A stretch of DNA of 61,403 nt, counting the filler, from Actinobacteria bacterium UBA7524 (lineage in GTDB: Bacteria > Actinomycetota > Coriobacteriia > Anaerosomatales > UBA912), in assembly GCA_002478275.1 (NCBI GenBank). It is 3 parts of 3 records of this genome, joined end to end, with 100 filler letters (N's around TTAATTAATTAA, not from the genome) between each part and the next. Parts side by side here need not be neighbours in the genome. Positions count along the whole stretch, not along the records: positions 1 to 18,050 come from DLMY01000052.1; 2 more parts are not named here. The stretch is one strand, 5' to 3'. Position numbers and translations under genes: made by a program. Positions 8,288 through 17,076 of this stretch are shown in pieces (the stretch's first letter is position 1; each line of letters starts with the position of its first letter). Below the pieces are notes generated by a model that was not told the origin of the DNA, ran no database searches, and saw nothing but the letters and a program-made list of their open reading frames with translations.

Positions 8288-9165
8288 GCGCGCTCTCCCA
8301 TCGCAGCCAGTTCCTGAGGCGCGCAACCGGTGTACTCTGCGGCACACTGTGCAGCACTCGCGAGGGCGACCGTTGCGCGGGAATCCCCTCGAGCCTCTTC
8401 GGCGGGCCCTGTGCCGAGGGCGGTCTTGAGCAGATCGATCAGGCGGTCCTCGTAGTGGTGATACGCATCGCCTTTGCGTTGACGCGGACGCGGGAGGTCG
8501 ATGCGTATGTCTTCGAGGATCCGACCGCGGTCGGAGGACATCACGATCACGCGATCCGACAGGTAGATGGCCTCTTCAACGTCGTGGGTCACCATCAGGA
8601 CCGTAGTGCGGTCCTTGAGCCAGAGCGCCTCCATCTCCTCCTGCATGATCATGCGCATCTGGAAATCGACCGCACCGAACGGCTCGTCCATGAGCAGGAC
8701 CTGGGGACGAGCGGCAAGGGCCCGGATGACAGCCGTGCGCTGCTTCATCCCTCCGGACAGCTGGTGCGGATAGAGGTTCTCTTTGCCCTGAAGCTGCGCC
8801 AATGCCATGAGCTGCCCCAGGCGCTCCTCGCGCTCGGCCTTCGGCACACCCAGGCGCTTCATTGGGTACAGGATGTTGTCCTTGACCTTCATCCAGGGGA
8901 ACAGCGCATAGTCCTGGAAGATGAAGCCTCTATCGGGGCCCGGCTTGGTGACCAGAGCGTCGTTCAGGGTGATCGTGCCTCCGGTCGCGGGGAGGAACCC
9001 CGCTATGATATTGAGCAGTGTGGTCTTCCCGCAGCCTGAGGGACCCAGCAGCGTGACGAACTCGCCGGTGCCGATGGTGAAGCCGACGTTCTCCAACACG
9101 ACGTGCTTGGTCTTCCCGTTGTCGAACACCCTGCTGATGTTCTTCATCGCAAGTCGCATGGTCAT
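8284..9165 (-). CDS. saoA: ABC transporter ATP-binding subunit SaoA (TauB/SsuB-like)
   Basis: GPSGCGKT, LSGGMKQR, LLMDEPF; position in the locus. Confidence 0.85.
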   Translation of the reverse strand: MTMRLAMKNISRVFDNGKTKHVVLENVGFTIGTGEFVTLLGPSGCGKTTLLNIIAGFLPATGGTITLNDALVTKPGPDRGFIFQDYALFPWMKVKDNILYPMKRLGVPKAEREERLGQLMALAQLQGKENLYPHQLSGGMKQRTAVIRALAARPQVLLMDEPFGAVDFQMRMIMQEEMEALWLKDRTTVLMVTHDVEEAIYLSDRVIVMSSDRGRILEDIRIDLPRPRQRKGDAYHHYEDRLIDLLKTALGTGPAEEARGDSRATVALASAAQCAAEYTGCAPQELAAMGERA

Positions 9166-9935
9166 GCCACCTTCCACCGCGCCAGAACGCGGCTCGTCAG
9201 AAGCAGCATTCTGTCGATCGTGAAACCCACCAGCGCGCCCATGATCATGAGACCCATCAGACGGTCGGTCTCCATGCGCGTCTGCGCGTCTACCATGAGG
9301 AAGCCGAATCCGGCACTTGTCGCGACGAACTCGGCGCAGATGACTGACATCCAGCCAGCACCGAGGGCGACGCGCATCCCCGTCAGGATGCCGGGGAACG
9401 AGCCAGGGACGATCACATGCGCGAAGATGCTCCAGGGCTTGGCGCCGAGACTGCGTGCGGCATTGTAGTAGTCCTTCGAGATCCCCTCGACCCCGGCGGT
9501 CGTGTTCAGGATCACCGCGAACACCCCAACGAATGCGATAAGGAAGACCGTTGGCCCGTCACCGAGGCCGAACCACACTATCGTCAGCGGCACCCATGCC
9601 ATCATCGGGATCTGCCGTAAGGAGTCTATGAGCGGGTCGATGTAGCGACGCGCCGTCATCGAGTAGCCCATGAGGTAGCCGATGGGAACGCCGATGACGA
9701 GCGCGTAGCCGAACCCGGTCATGACGCGGCGAATCGTGAGCAGCAGGTTCTCGTGTATCCAGGGGTCGATGGCGTCTTTGCCGAACGCACTGATCGCCAT
9801 CCACGGCGTCGGCATGATGAATGTGTTGCCGTAGAGCATCGCCGCCGCCTGCCACACCCCTATGAGCGCGAGCACGCTGACGATCCATGTGTACCGCCGC
9901 CGGTCGGTGATGCTAGCCAGCATGTCGCGGCTCAC
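9162..9935 (-). CDS. saoP: ABC transporter permease SaoP (Cys form)
   Basis: TauC-like TM protein, NAARSLGA loop, WMSVICAEF with Cys at the family Sec position. Confidence 0.85.
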   Translation of the reverse strand: MSRDMLASITDRRRYTWIVSVLALIGVWQAAAMLYGNTFIMPTPWMAISAFGKDAIDPWIHENLLLTIRRVMTGFGYALVIGVPIGYLMGYSMTARRYIDPLIDSLRQIPMMAWVPLTIVWFGLGDGPTVFLIAFVGVFAVILNTTAGVEGISKDYYNAARSLGAKPWSIFAHVIVPGSFPGILTGMRVALGAGWMSVICAEFVATSAGFGFLMVDAQTRMETDRLMGLMIMGALVGFTIDRMLLLTSRVLARWKVA

Positions 9936-10744
9936 CCATCCACCGCGAGTGTTGTAGAGAGAAACCTTATCTGCTGCCTCTTCCACTTCTCCGCCTCCTC
10001 TCCCGTGAGTCGATCTCCTTTGTACGCGCCCACCGCGTCCGCCAGAGTCGCAGGATCGTTCAGTTCCGTCACTGACTGCTCAAACGCGCCGATGAAGCCC
10101 GGGTATGCGTCGCTGTCCCGGAACTCCGTGCTCACCACCAGCACGTACGTCACTCTGTCCCCCCCGTCGCCAAGCGTCGACGGAAGCCACTCGCCCTCCA
10201 GATGGCGGGCCTTGAGTGCATCGATGACGGCCCCGCCCACCGTCCCCCGTTCGTACGCGTACGGAATCGCGCTCGTCACCATCGGCGTCGCTGCCGCTGC
10301 GGCGCCGAATCGATCGGCGATCACATCGACCTGGTAGTCACGGTTCTGCGTGAATGCAACCCTCTGTGGTGTTGAGTCCCCTCTAACCAGCACTACGTCC
10401 GAGTTCGCCAGGCACGGTCCCACGATCACGAACCTGGCGTCCTTCTCCACCAAGCGCCGAGCAGCATCCGGACACATGATTGCAGCGTCCAGCGCCTCCG
10501 AACTCAGCGCCCACTCCGCGCGAGAGGTGCAGCAGTCCTTGATCGCGAGCGCACTGAGATCCTCGACCACGTGCTCGCCGTCAACGGTCGCAGTGCGCAG
10601 CATGTGATCGACGATCAGGCCCGACGTGTCATCCGGCGAACCGATCCTCAGCCCGCCGGGGACGCTCTCGCCAGGAGAGGCGATGATCAGGGCGATCACC
10701 ACAAGGACAGCCGCTATGGCACCTGCGGTAATCACCCGTCTCAT
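9932..10744 (-). CDS. saoB: ABC transporter substrate-binding protein SaoB (CC form)
   Basis: IGSPDDTSGL, IKDCCTSRAEWAL and IMCPDAA motifs; N-terminal membrane anchor. Confidence 0.82.
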   Translation of the reverse strand: MRRVITAGAIAAVLVVIALIIASPGESVPGGLRIGSPDDTSGLIVDHMLRTATVDGEHVVEDLSALAIKDCCTSRAEWALSSEALDAAIMCPDAARRLVEKDARFVIVGPCLANSDVVLVRGDSTPQRVAFTQNRDYQVDVIADRFGAAAAATPMVTSAIPYAYERGTVGGAVIDALKARHLEGEWLPSTLGDGGDRVTYVLVVSTEFRDSDAYPGFIGAFEQSVTELNDPATLADAVGAYKGDRLTGEEAEKWKRQQIRFLSTTLAVDG

Positions 10745-10753
10745 CGTCTTGCG

Positions 10754-11902
10754 CTACCCCTTGTCGACTTCTGCCGCTTTGAGCTTCCAGTCCTCGTATG
10801 GCATGCCGATTGGGAACACCGGGTCCACTTCCTCCTTGATGAAGGTCGCGAAGTCATCCACGGGTGCGGCTTCGAGCAACCCGGTCTGCAGCAGTGCGTC
10901 GAGATCGGGCGCAACGTCGATCGACTTCGCCTCAAGATCCCAGGCGACCTCGTCCTCGAAGCGCTGCCGATCGATCTCCCAGACCATCGTGCGGCCCTCG
11001 GCCACGGTCTTGCGCCAGATCGTCATCAGCGCGACTTCTTCGGGCACGCTGTAGGCCGTCGCGAACAGGCGCGCGGCCTCCATGGGCTGGGTGTAGATCA
11101 TCTCGATCGCGTCAACGTGAGCGGCGATCACACGCGTTGCCAGCTCGGGATGGTTGTCGTAGAAGTCCTGGCTCATGGAGAGCTGGCAGCACGCCGCCCA
11201 GTCGCCGGTCGTCGGGATCTTGTCGGCCATCGCAAGGACATGGCCGGTTCCCTCATAGACAGCCATCGAGCCCCACGGATCACACGTCGTGTAGGCCTTG
11301 AGTTGCCCGGTCTTCATCGCGAGATACTCGTCCTTGTCGGACATGTCGAACGACTCGTAGTTGGAGCCAGCAACCGGAAGCCCCAGCTCCTTTGCCATGA
11401 CGAGCCACGACGAGCTCGACTCCGGATTGGTGCCGAAGCCGACCTTCTGGCCGACCAGCTGCTCGGCATCGGTGATGTCGTTCGAAGCGATCAGGTAGTA
11501 CGAACCGCCGAGGTGGTTGTCGGCCGCAACAACGATGGGAGCGCCCTTCGAGAACGCCTTCATCAGACCCTCAACGCCGATGTAACCCGCATCCATCTGA
11601 CCGGCGGTCATGGCCTGCGGCACGTTGCCGTTGCCCACAACCTCGGTCGTCAGTCCGTACTTCTCGTAGAGCCCCGCCGCCAGGGCGATCGGCGCCGCGG
11701 TCATGTGATCGCAGTTGTAGTAGCCGATCCTGACCACGTAGTCCTTGTCGGCCTCTGGAATGGCCGGTAGCTCAACGGTCTCTTCCTCAACCGTCGGCTC
11801 TTCGACAGCCGACTCCTCTTCCTCCTTCGGAGTGCATCCGCCGACGGCGGCGGCGGCGAGCATGCCCGCGAGCATGAGCGCCACCATCTTCTTGTACTTC
11901 AT
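10754..11902 (-). CDS. saoX: ABC transporter substrate-binding lipoprotein SaoX
   Basis: Lipobox VGGC, IGYYNCDHM, NHLGGSYYL, TCDPWGS and ACC motifs. Confidence 0.85.
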   Translation of the reverse strand: MKYKKMVALMLAGMLAAAAVGGCTPKEEEESAVEEPTVEEETVELPAIPEADKDYVVRIGYYNCDHMTAAPIALAAGLYEKYGLTTEVVGNGNVPQAMTAGQMDAGYIGVEGLMKAFSKGAPIVVAADNHLGGSYYLIASNDITDAEQLVGQKVGFGTNPESSSSWLVMAKELGLPVAGSNYESFDMSDKDEYLAMKTGQLKAYTTCDPWGSMAVYEGTGHVLAMADKIPTTGDWAACCQLSMSQDFYDNHPELATRVIAAHVDAIEMIYTQPMEAARLFATAYSVPEEVALMTIWRKTVAEGRTMVWEIDRQRFEDEVAWDLEAKSIDVAPDLDALLQTGLLEAAPVDDFATFIKEEVDPVFPIGMPYEDWKLKAAEVDKG

Positions 11903-11991
11903 CGTTCCTCCTAGTTGATTCGAGCCCTTACACGGTCCGCCTATCCACCGGGTCGCCCCCCTGGGGCACCCCCCAACGCAGAACCACTCAC

Positions 11992-12447
11992 TCAGCAGCA
12001 GTCCTCCATCCCCTCACCGAACAAATCGCTCAACCGGCCGTCCTCGATCCGGTAGATGGCATAACCGATGTTCGCTCCCTTGGAGCCTTGAACGGTGAAC
12101 TCCGTTGGAGCCGCCTCGTCGATGTCGCGGAGTGTGATCGACTGGTTCTCAGCCGGCGCGGGAAGATCGTTGGTGAGGCTTGGAACGTCGCCGCCAAGCA
12201 CCACGAGCAACCCATTGCGTCCGTCGCCTTTCGCGAAGATCACCACGAGGTCGCCCACTCCATCGCCGCTCACGTCTCCCGCGGCACTCGCGATGACCTC
12301 GGCGCCGGGGCGCAGCGTCCCGAACGCCGCGAGGAGTTGCTCGTCGGACACCTCGGTAGTTGGCGATGGGCCGACTCCCGGACCTGGCGTGCATCCGGCG
12401 AGGGCGAATACGCAGATTGCCAGGCCAACAAGCGGCCACCGCTTCAT
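11992..12447 (-). CDS. saoC: Cys-Cys-COOH lipoprotein SaoC
   Basis: Lipobox LAGC, PAPAENQ, ends DLFGEGMEDCC-stop; ATG overlaps the saoE stop. Confidence 0.85.
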   Translation of the reverse strand: MKRWPLVGLAICVFALAGCTPGPGVGPSPTTEVSDEQLLAAFGTLRPGAEVIASAAGDVSGDGVGDLVVIFAKGDGRNGLLVVLGGDVPSLTNDLPAPAENQSITLRDIDEAAPTEFTVQGSKGANIGYAIYRIEDGRLSDLFGEGMEDCC

Positions 12448-13538
12448 CACGCCACCACCGTTGCGCGCCCGCGAACGAGTGTCGTCGCCCAGGTCCACCA
12501 CGCGTACGCCCCCATCGCGATGACGGCAGCCGAGCACGCCCACTCCAGCGCCACGGGCGACCATCCCGAGAGCGCGGTCGCGAAGCCGACTGCGGCTTCG
12601 GAGCCAGAGGTGTCGAACGTGGGTACGAAGCCGGGCCCAAGCAGCGCATTCGCGATTGCGCCAACCGCGAAGGAGGCGAGTACGAGGAGGCCTGAGTAGA
12701 TGATCGCCGGACGACGGCCCATGAGCTTCCAGATACTCAGAAGCTCGGGTGCGTTTGTGGCGGCACCCGTCATGAGAAAGGTCAGGGCCAGTCCCGGTGC
12801 CGCGCCGCTCGCCACGAGGGCAGCGGTGAACGGTATGTGGCCGACTGCGCAGACGTACATGATGGCGCCGAGGATGGCGCCTGCCCCCAGGGACAGCGCC
12901 CCAGGGTCGCCCAGGTATGCCTGTATGAGGCTCTGGGGCACCAGCGCGATGATTGCTCCCGCCAGCAGCATCCCCACCACCACGTACCTGCTCACCATGA
13001 GTCCGAGTTCGGCGAACCCCCAGCGCTGACCTGCAGCAAGACGGTCCTTCAGAGGTGCCATGTGCGAAATCGCCGGTACCGCCGCCGGTGCGCCCTCCTC
13101 AAGTCCGGGCGCGCGCAGGCTTGAGCCGCCGAGGCGGTTTCCTACGAACCCGATGATCATGGGCACCACGAAGCCCGCTATCAGGTAGATGGTCGCGATC
13201 CTCCACCCGAGCAGCGAGTACGCGAGGATGACCGCCGCGGGATTTATGATGGGCGTCGCGGCCATGAATGCCAGCGTCGGCCCCAGGTACGCACCTGAGT
13301 AGTAGAGCGAAAGCCCGATCGGGATGACGCCGCAGCTGCAGATCGGCAGGAGCATGCCTGAGACAGTCGCCTTCGCCAGTGTCGACAAGCGGCTGTTCCC
13401 AAGCGTGCGTTGCAGCCTGTCCGGACTGACGAGGGCGTGGATCAGCCCGGCCAGAGCGAAACTCAGTATCAGCCACACGGACGCCCCGTTGAGGATGTCG
13501 AGAGCTGCGGTGAGTGTCTTGGTGACGGCGCCGGTCAT
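12447..13538 (-). CDS. saoE: Efflux permease SaoE (DUF318/ArsP-like)
   Basis: LLPICSCGVIP, ATPIINP and MYVCAVGHIP motifs; multiple TM helices. Confidence 0.85.
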   Translation of the reverse strand: MTGAVTKTLTAALDILNGASVWLILSFALAGLIHALVSPDRLQRTLGNSRLSTLAKATVSGMLLPICSCGVIPIGLSLYYSGAYLGPTLAFMAATPIINPAAVILAYSLLGWRIATIYLIAGFVVPMIIGFVGNRLGGSSLRAPGLEEGAPAAVPAISHMAPLKDRLAAGQRWGFAELGLMVSRYVVVGMLLAGAIIALVPQSLIQAYLGDPGALSLGAGAILGAIMYVCAVGHIPFTAALVASGAAPGLALTFLMTGAATNAPELLSIWKLMGRRPAIIYSGLLVLASFAVGAIANALLGPGFVPTFDTSGSEAAVGFATALSGWSPVALEWACSAAVIAMGAYAWWTWATTLVRGRATVVA

Positions 13539-13802
13539 CTACGCGCCCGCCTCTGCCACAGCCTCGGCGACGACTCGCTCGATGAGCGAGCGGCTGGGCT
13601 CCTCGTATCGATCGGTCCCGTTGATGATTAGCGTTCCGCGTGAGACCACGCCGTAGCGCCTGATGTAGTCGACGTCTCTCCCTGCGACGTGAATGTGCAC
13701 GTCTACCCTGTCGGGATAGGTGGCCGCCACTTCGCGAACGTCGCGCTCAAAGCCCGCGCAGTGCGGGCACGTGTTTATGAACTCAACGAGTGCTCTGGGC
13801 AT
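13539..13802 (-). CDS. saoT: Thioredoxin-like protein SaoT (Cys form)
   Basis: EFINTCPHC, AGRDVDYIRRYG and GTLIING; abuts saoE. Confidence 0.8.
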   Translation of the reverse strand: MPRALVEFINTCPHCAGFERDVREVAATYPDRVDVHIHVAGRDVDYIRRYGVVSRGTLIINGTDRYEEPSRSLIERVVAEAVAEAGA

Positions 13803-13814
13803 TGTGCGAACCCC

Positions 13815-14561
13815 CTATTCAACCGCGGCGCTCAGTGCCGCACCGTAAGCGCCCACGATCTCGGCCTCATCCGGCACGCGCACCTCACCGGCAAACCCCT
13901 CGGTGATGAGCGCCACCATGGCCGGGTTCTTGGCCACGCCGCCCGCGAACACAAGCGGGCCCTGCGCGTTCACCCGCTTGAGCGAGCCGAGAGTGCGCTT
14001 GGCTATCGAGTCGTGCAGGCCGCGGGCAATGCGCGCCCGATCCTCGCCGCGATGCACCAGCCCGGTGACCTCGCTCTCTGCGAACACGGTGCACATGCTG
14101 GAGATCGCGATGCCCGCCTCTGCCTCCAGTGCGCACTCAGCCATCTCCTCGAGCGAGTAGCCGAGGGCACGGGCCATCACTTCAAGGAACTTCCCTGTGC
14201 CTGCGGCGCACTTATCGTTCATCTCGAAATCGGTCACGCGTCCGCCGTGGCCGAGCGTGATCACCTTGGTGTCCTGGCCGCCGATGTCGAGCACGGAGGC
14301 GGCCTCCGGAAAGAGCACCGCGGCGCCCGTGCCATACGCGGTGATCTCGGTGACCGCGGTGCCGCCGAAGCGCTCCTTGGCGGCATGTCTCCCGTACCCG
14401 GTCGACACGATCACGTCGTGCGCGCAGCGGTCGACGAAGGCGGCCGCGGCTGACCCGGGGTCGAACCCCGAGTCAGCGACCGCCCAATCGACGATCCGGC
14501 TATCGTCGAGCCACACGGCGTCCACGCTTCTGGAACCGATATCAAGCCCGAGTACCCGCAT
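13815..14561 (-). CDS. ATP-dependent activator/reductase of the double-cubane protein (acyl-CoA dehydratase activase family)
   Basis: GLDIGSR, TGYGR, DIGGQDTK, MNDKCAAGTG and SMCTVFAESE motifs. Confidence 0.9.
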   Translation of the reverse strand: MRVLGLDIGSRSVDAVWLDDSRIVDWAVADSGFDPGSAAAAFVDRCAHDVIVSTGYGRHAAKERFGGTAVTEITAYGTGAAVLFPEAASVLDIGGQDTKVITLGHGGRVTDFEMNDKCAAGTGKFLEVMARALGYSLEEMAECALEAEAGIAISSMCTVFAESEVTGLVHRGEDRARIARGLHDSIAKRTLGSLKRVNAQGPLVFAGGVAKNPAMVALITEGFAGEVRVPDEAEIVGAYGAALSAAVE

Positions 14562-14565
14562 CCGC

Positions 14566-15846
14566 CTAGAGCATCTCGAGGAACGCTTCGACACGCGTGG
14601 CGAGCTGACCCACGTCTTCCATCGAGTAGTCGGTCGTGACCTTCAGGACCGGCAGCCCTGCTTCGCGGACTGCGCTCTCCACACCATTGCTCTCCATCTC
14701 GTACAGACCGCAGAACTGCAGCGAATAGTCGATCACGCCGTCTGCGCCGTACTCCTTGGCCATGCGAACGACATCGTCGATGCGGCCTTTGTTGGGCGTG
14801 AAGCATGCGCAATTGATGTCGAGGTACTTCTCGGCGATGTCATCGATCATCTCATCGAGCGTGGCCGCGTTCTCGTCCACAAGGTCCTGGTAGTAGCGGC
14901 TACCGGTGCACATCTCCTCGGCCACCACCACGGCGCCGGCCTTCTCGATGATGTCGTGGAGCTTCCAGTTCGGGAGCGCCATCGGTGTTCCGGTCACGAG
15001 CACGCGCTTGGCGCCCTTGTGTGCCACACCCTCGCCCGCAGCGACGCGCTGGTCGAGCTCGTCAGCGAGCGCGTTCATCATCTGGGTGAAACGCGGTACG
15101 TCATCGTAGAAGGCCACCTGCGTTGCGAGCAGGCGGTCCTTGCCGGAGATCGGCGCCGGGTCGGCTTTGCACGCCGCGGCGATGCGCTGTAGCGCGCGGC
15201 GCTTGTCGTTCACTTCCTTGATCGACGCGCGTAGGCTCTCGGCGGTGATGGTGTTGCCGGTGATCTCCTCGGCCTTCTTCACCAGCTCTCGGATCTCGCC
15301 CTTCCACATCTCCAGGTCCTGCGGACGCTTCATCTGCGGAAGCTCCATGACCCACGTGTTGTGGATCTCGCCGAGGAGCTCGTAGGCCTTCTTCTTGCCG
15401 TCGCACGTGGTCTCGCCGATGACGAGGTCCGCCGACTCGATGTATGGACACACCTTCGCAAGTTTGAAGCCCATGAAGCTCTTGATGAGCGCGCAGGTGT
15501 TGCGCGGCATGATCTGCTCGACCTGGTCGTAGGCGAACTCCGCGCCGGCGCACAGGCCCACGCACCAGCCACCCGCCGCGCGGATGATCTCCTCGGGCAC
15601 GTAGAGACAGAACGTGCCGAAGACCTTGCCGCCGGCCTTGCGGAAGTCGTCGAGCTCCTTGATGCGAAGACCGTGGACCTCGGAGAGCACGAAGTTGAGG
15701 TAGTCCATGCCCTTCGGGCGGTTCTCCTGCGTGAGGTAGGCATCGCCGAACAGCTGGCCCACCGCGCCGAGCAGCGCGTCGTGCGAAGGCAGGTCGAGGC
15801 CGAGCTCGGCCCACATCGGATGATAGTCGACAGACTGATCGCTCAT
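14566..15846 (-). CDS. Double-cubane-cluster-containing anaerobic reductase
   Basis: GTFCLYVPEE, PRNTCALIKS, CPY, GETTCDGKKK, CACFTPN and QFC motifs. Confidence 0.9.
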   Translation of the reverse strand: MSDQSVDYHPMWAELGLDLPSHDALLGAVGQLFGDAYLTQENRPKGMDYLNFVLSEVHGLRIKELDDFRKAGGKVFGTFCLYVPEEIIRAAGGWCVGLCAGAEFAYDQVEQIMPRNTCALIKSFMGFKLAKVCPYIESADLVIGETTCDGKKKAYELLGEIHNTWVMELPQMKRPQDLEMWKGEIRELVKKAEEITGNTITAESLRASIKEVNDKRRALQRIAAACKADPAPISGKDRLLATQVAFYDDVPRFTQMMNALADELDQRVAAGEGVAHKGAKRVLVTGTPMALPNWKLHDIIEKAGAVVVAEEMCTGSRYYQDLVDENAATLDEMIDDIAEKYLDINCACFTPNKGRIDDVVRMAKEYGADGVIDYSLQFCGLYEMESNGVESAVREAGLPVLKVTTDYSMEDVGQLATRVEAFLEML

Positions 15847-15873
15847 TGGGAACCTCCTGCTACTCAGTTTCCT

Positions 15874-15899
15874 TATCGGGCTGTTCCGATATGCTTATA
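15874..15899 (-). promoter_or_regulatory. Putative promoter/operator of the SAO-hgc gene run
   Basis: -10-like TATAAG (15899-15894) next to the palindrome TATCGG-N6-CCGATA (15874-15891); RBS AGGAGG before the ATG at 15846. Confidence 0.5.
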
Positions 15900-15944
15900 C
15901 CTTGTATCACAGTGGGGCCCCAGTTGGGAACGGGGAGATCCGGC

Positions 15945-16082
15945 CTACCGCTCTACGGGATAGCTGCCGAGCACCTTCACTTCGCGCAGATTCAGGCGCA
16001 GGCAGTCGAGTGCGAGGCGCATGCGGGGATCCTCAACGTGACCTTCGAGGTCCACGAAGAGCATTCAGTCACCGAGCGCTCT
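15945..16082 (-). pseudogene. pheA: 3' remnant of prephenate dehydratase (ACT domain end)
   Basis: Translates as RALGD*MLFVDLEGHVEDPRMRLALDCLRLNLREVKVLGSYPVER*; no upstream PheA sequence. Confidence 0.7.
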
Positions 16083-16181
16083 GAGGTCAGCGCTCACGCC
16101 TGGCTGGCAGGATGCCGACGAAACCTGATGCATGCAGCGCGGGCCGCTTGGACCCGATGCTGCAGGGGGCGACCAGATGGC

Positions 16182-16778
16182 CTACTTCTGCGCCGTCCAG
16201 GAATAGGAGGCGAAGGTAACGCCCACCATGGAGAAGTCCATGTTCCCGGTGATCACGATCTGGCTGCCGCTCCTGCTCGCCGTACCCTTGAACTGACACA
16301 GAACCGCTGTGCCATCCTCCTCCATACTCACGAAGAAACTGACAGCGCTGCCTGCGCATTGTGCTTCGCCGCCATAGCCGTTCACGTTCACTGTGCCTGT
16401 CCCGGCTTCGTTGAGTTGCAGTGTCACCGGCAGGCTCTTTGGAGACTCCACGTCTTCTTCCAGATGTTGCAGTGCTGCGCTCGCGCTATAGGTGCCAGCC
16501 ATTTCTTCGGCTGAAATGGGTCCCGTGGCAGGATCTTCTTGCGCTCCGGTCAGTGCGCCTTCCTCTTGGTCAGAAGGAGCAGTCTCCTGAGGCTGCGTGC
16601 TTTGGCTGTCACTCTCTTTCGCCGCGCGCTCCTTCGCCTCCCGCGCCTCCATCGCCGCGTTCATGTCTTCATCCGCAGCAGAGTTGATGCTCCACACAGG
16701 GTCGCAACCCATGAGGAGCATCGCCACCAGTATGGTGCAGAGAGCGACCTTAGTGCGGTCCGCGCGTGCTGCCTCCAC
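16182..16778 (-). CDS. Hypothetical lipoprotein
   Basis: GGAGGT RBS then GTG; lipobox LLMGC; low-complexity linker and beta-rich C-terminal domain. Confidence 0.65.
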   Translation of the reverse strand: MEAARADRTKVALCTILVAMLLMGCDPVWSINSAADEDMNAAMEAREAKERAAKESDSQSTQPQETAPSDQEEGALTGAQEDPATGPISAEEMAGTYSASAALQHLEEDVESPKSLPVTLQLNEAGTGTVNVNGYGGEAQCAGSAVSFFVSMEEDGTAVLCQFKGTASRSGSQIVITGNMDFSMVGVTFASYSWTAQK

Positions 16779-17076
16779 GACATCCACCTCCATCGAGTAG
16801 CCACGGGTCGAGCGCCTCGCGCAGCTCCGCAAGCACCGGACCGATCGGGCCGGCCTCGACCTGCACGAGATCAAGGTCCTCCGAGTAGCGCCCCGGAAGA
16901 TCGAAGTGGAGCTTGTGCAGAGCGGTCCCGCCGCGGAAGGCGAGCGCCTCTCGCAAGGAAGGGCGGCCGAAGATCGCGGTGAGGGCTCTCGACAAGACCA
17001 GGTCCTGCTCGACCTGCTCGTCTTGGGGCCACGGCGCAGAAGCTCTCCAAGCCGTGATCTGGGCCCGGGGGATCAC
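16750..17076 (-). pseudogene. abiEii: Truncated AbiEii nucleotidyltransferase toxin
   Basis: QVEQDLVLSRAL, FRGGTALHKL and RYSEDLD motifs; recognisable similarity ends near LDPWL, only 108 codons in total. Confidence 0.75.

Noticed and set aside
11992..11994. UGA after CC in saoC as selenocysteine
   Set aside because: The family ends in a Cys-Cys (or Cys-Sec) dipeptide and both Cys are already present; the read-through peptide looks non-coding
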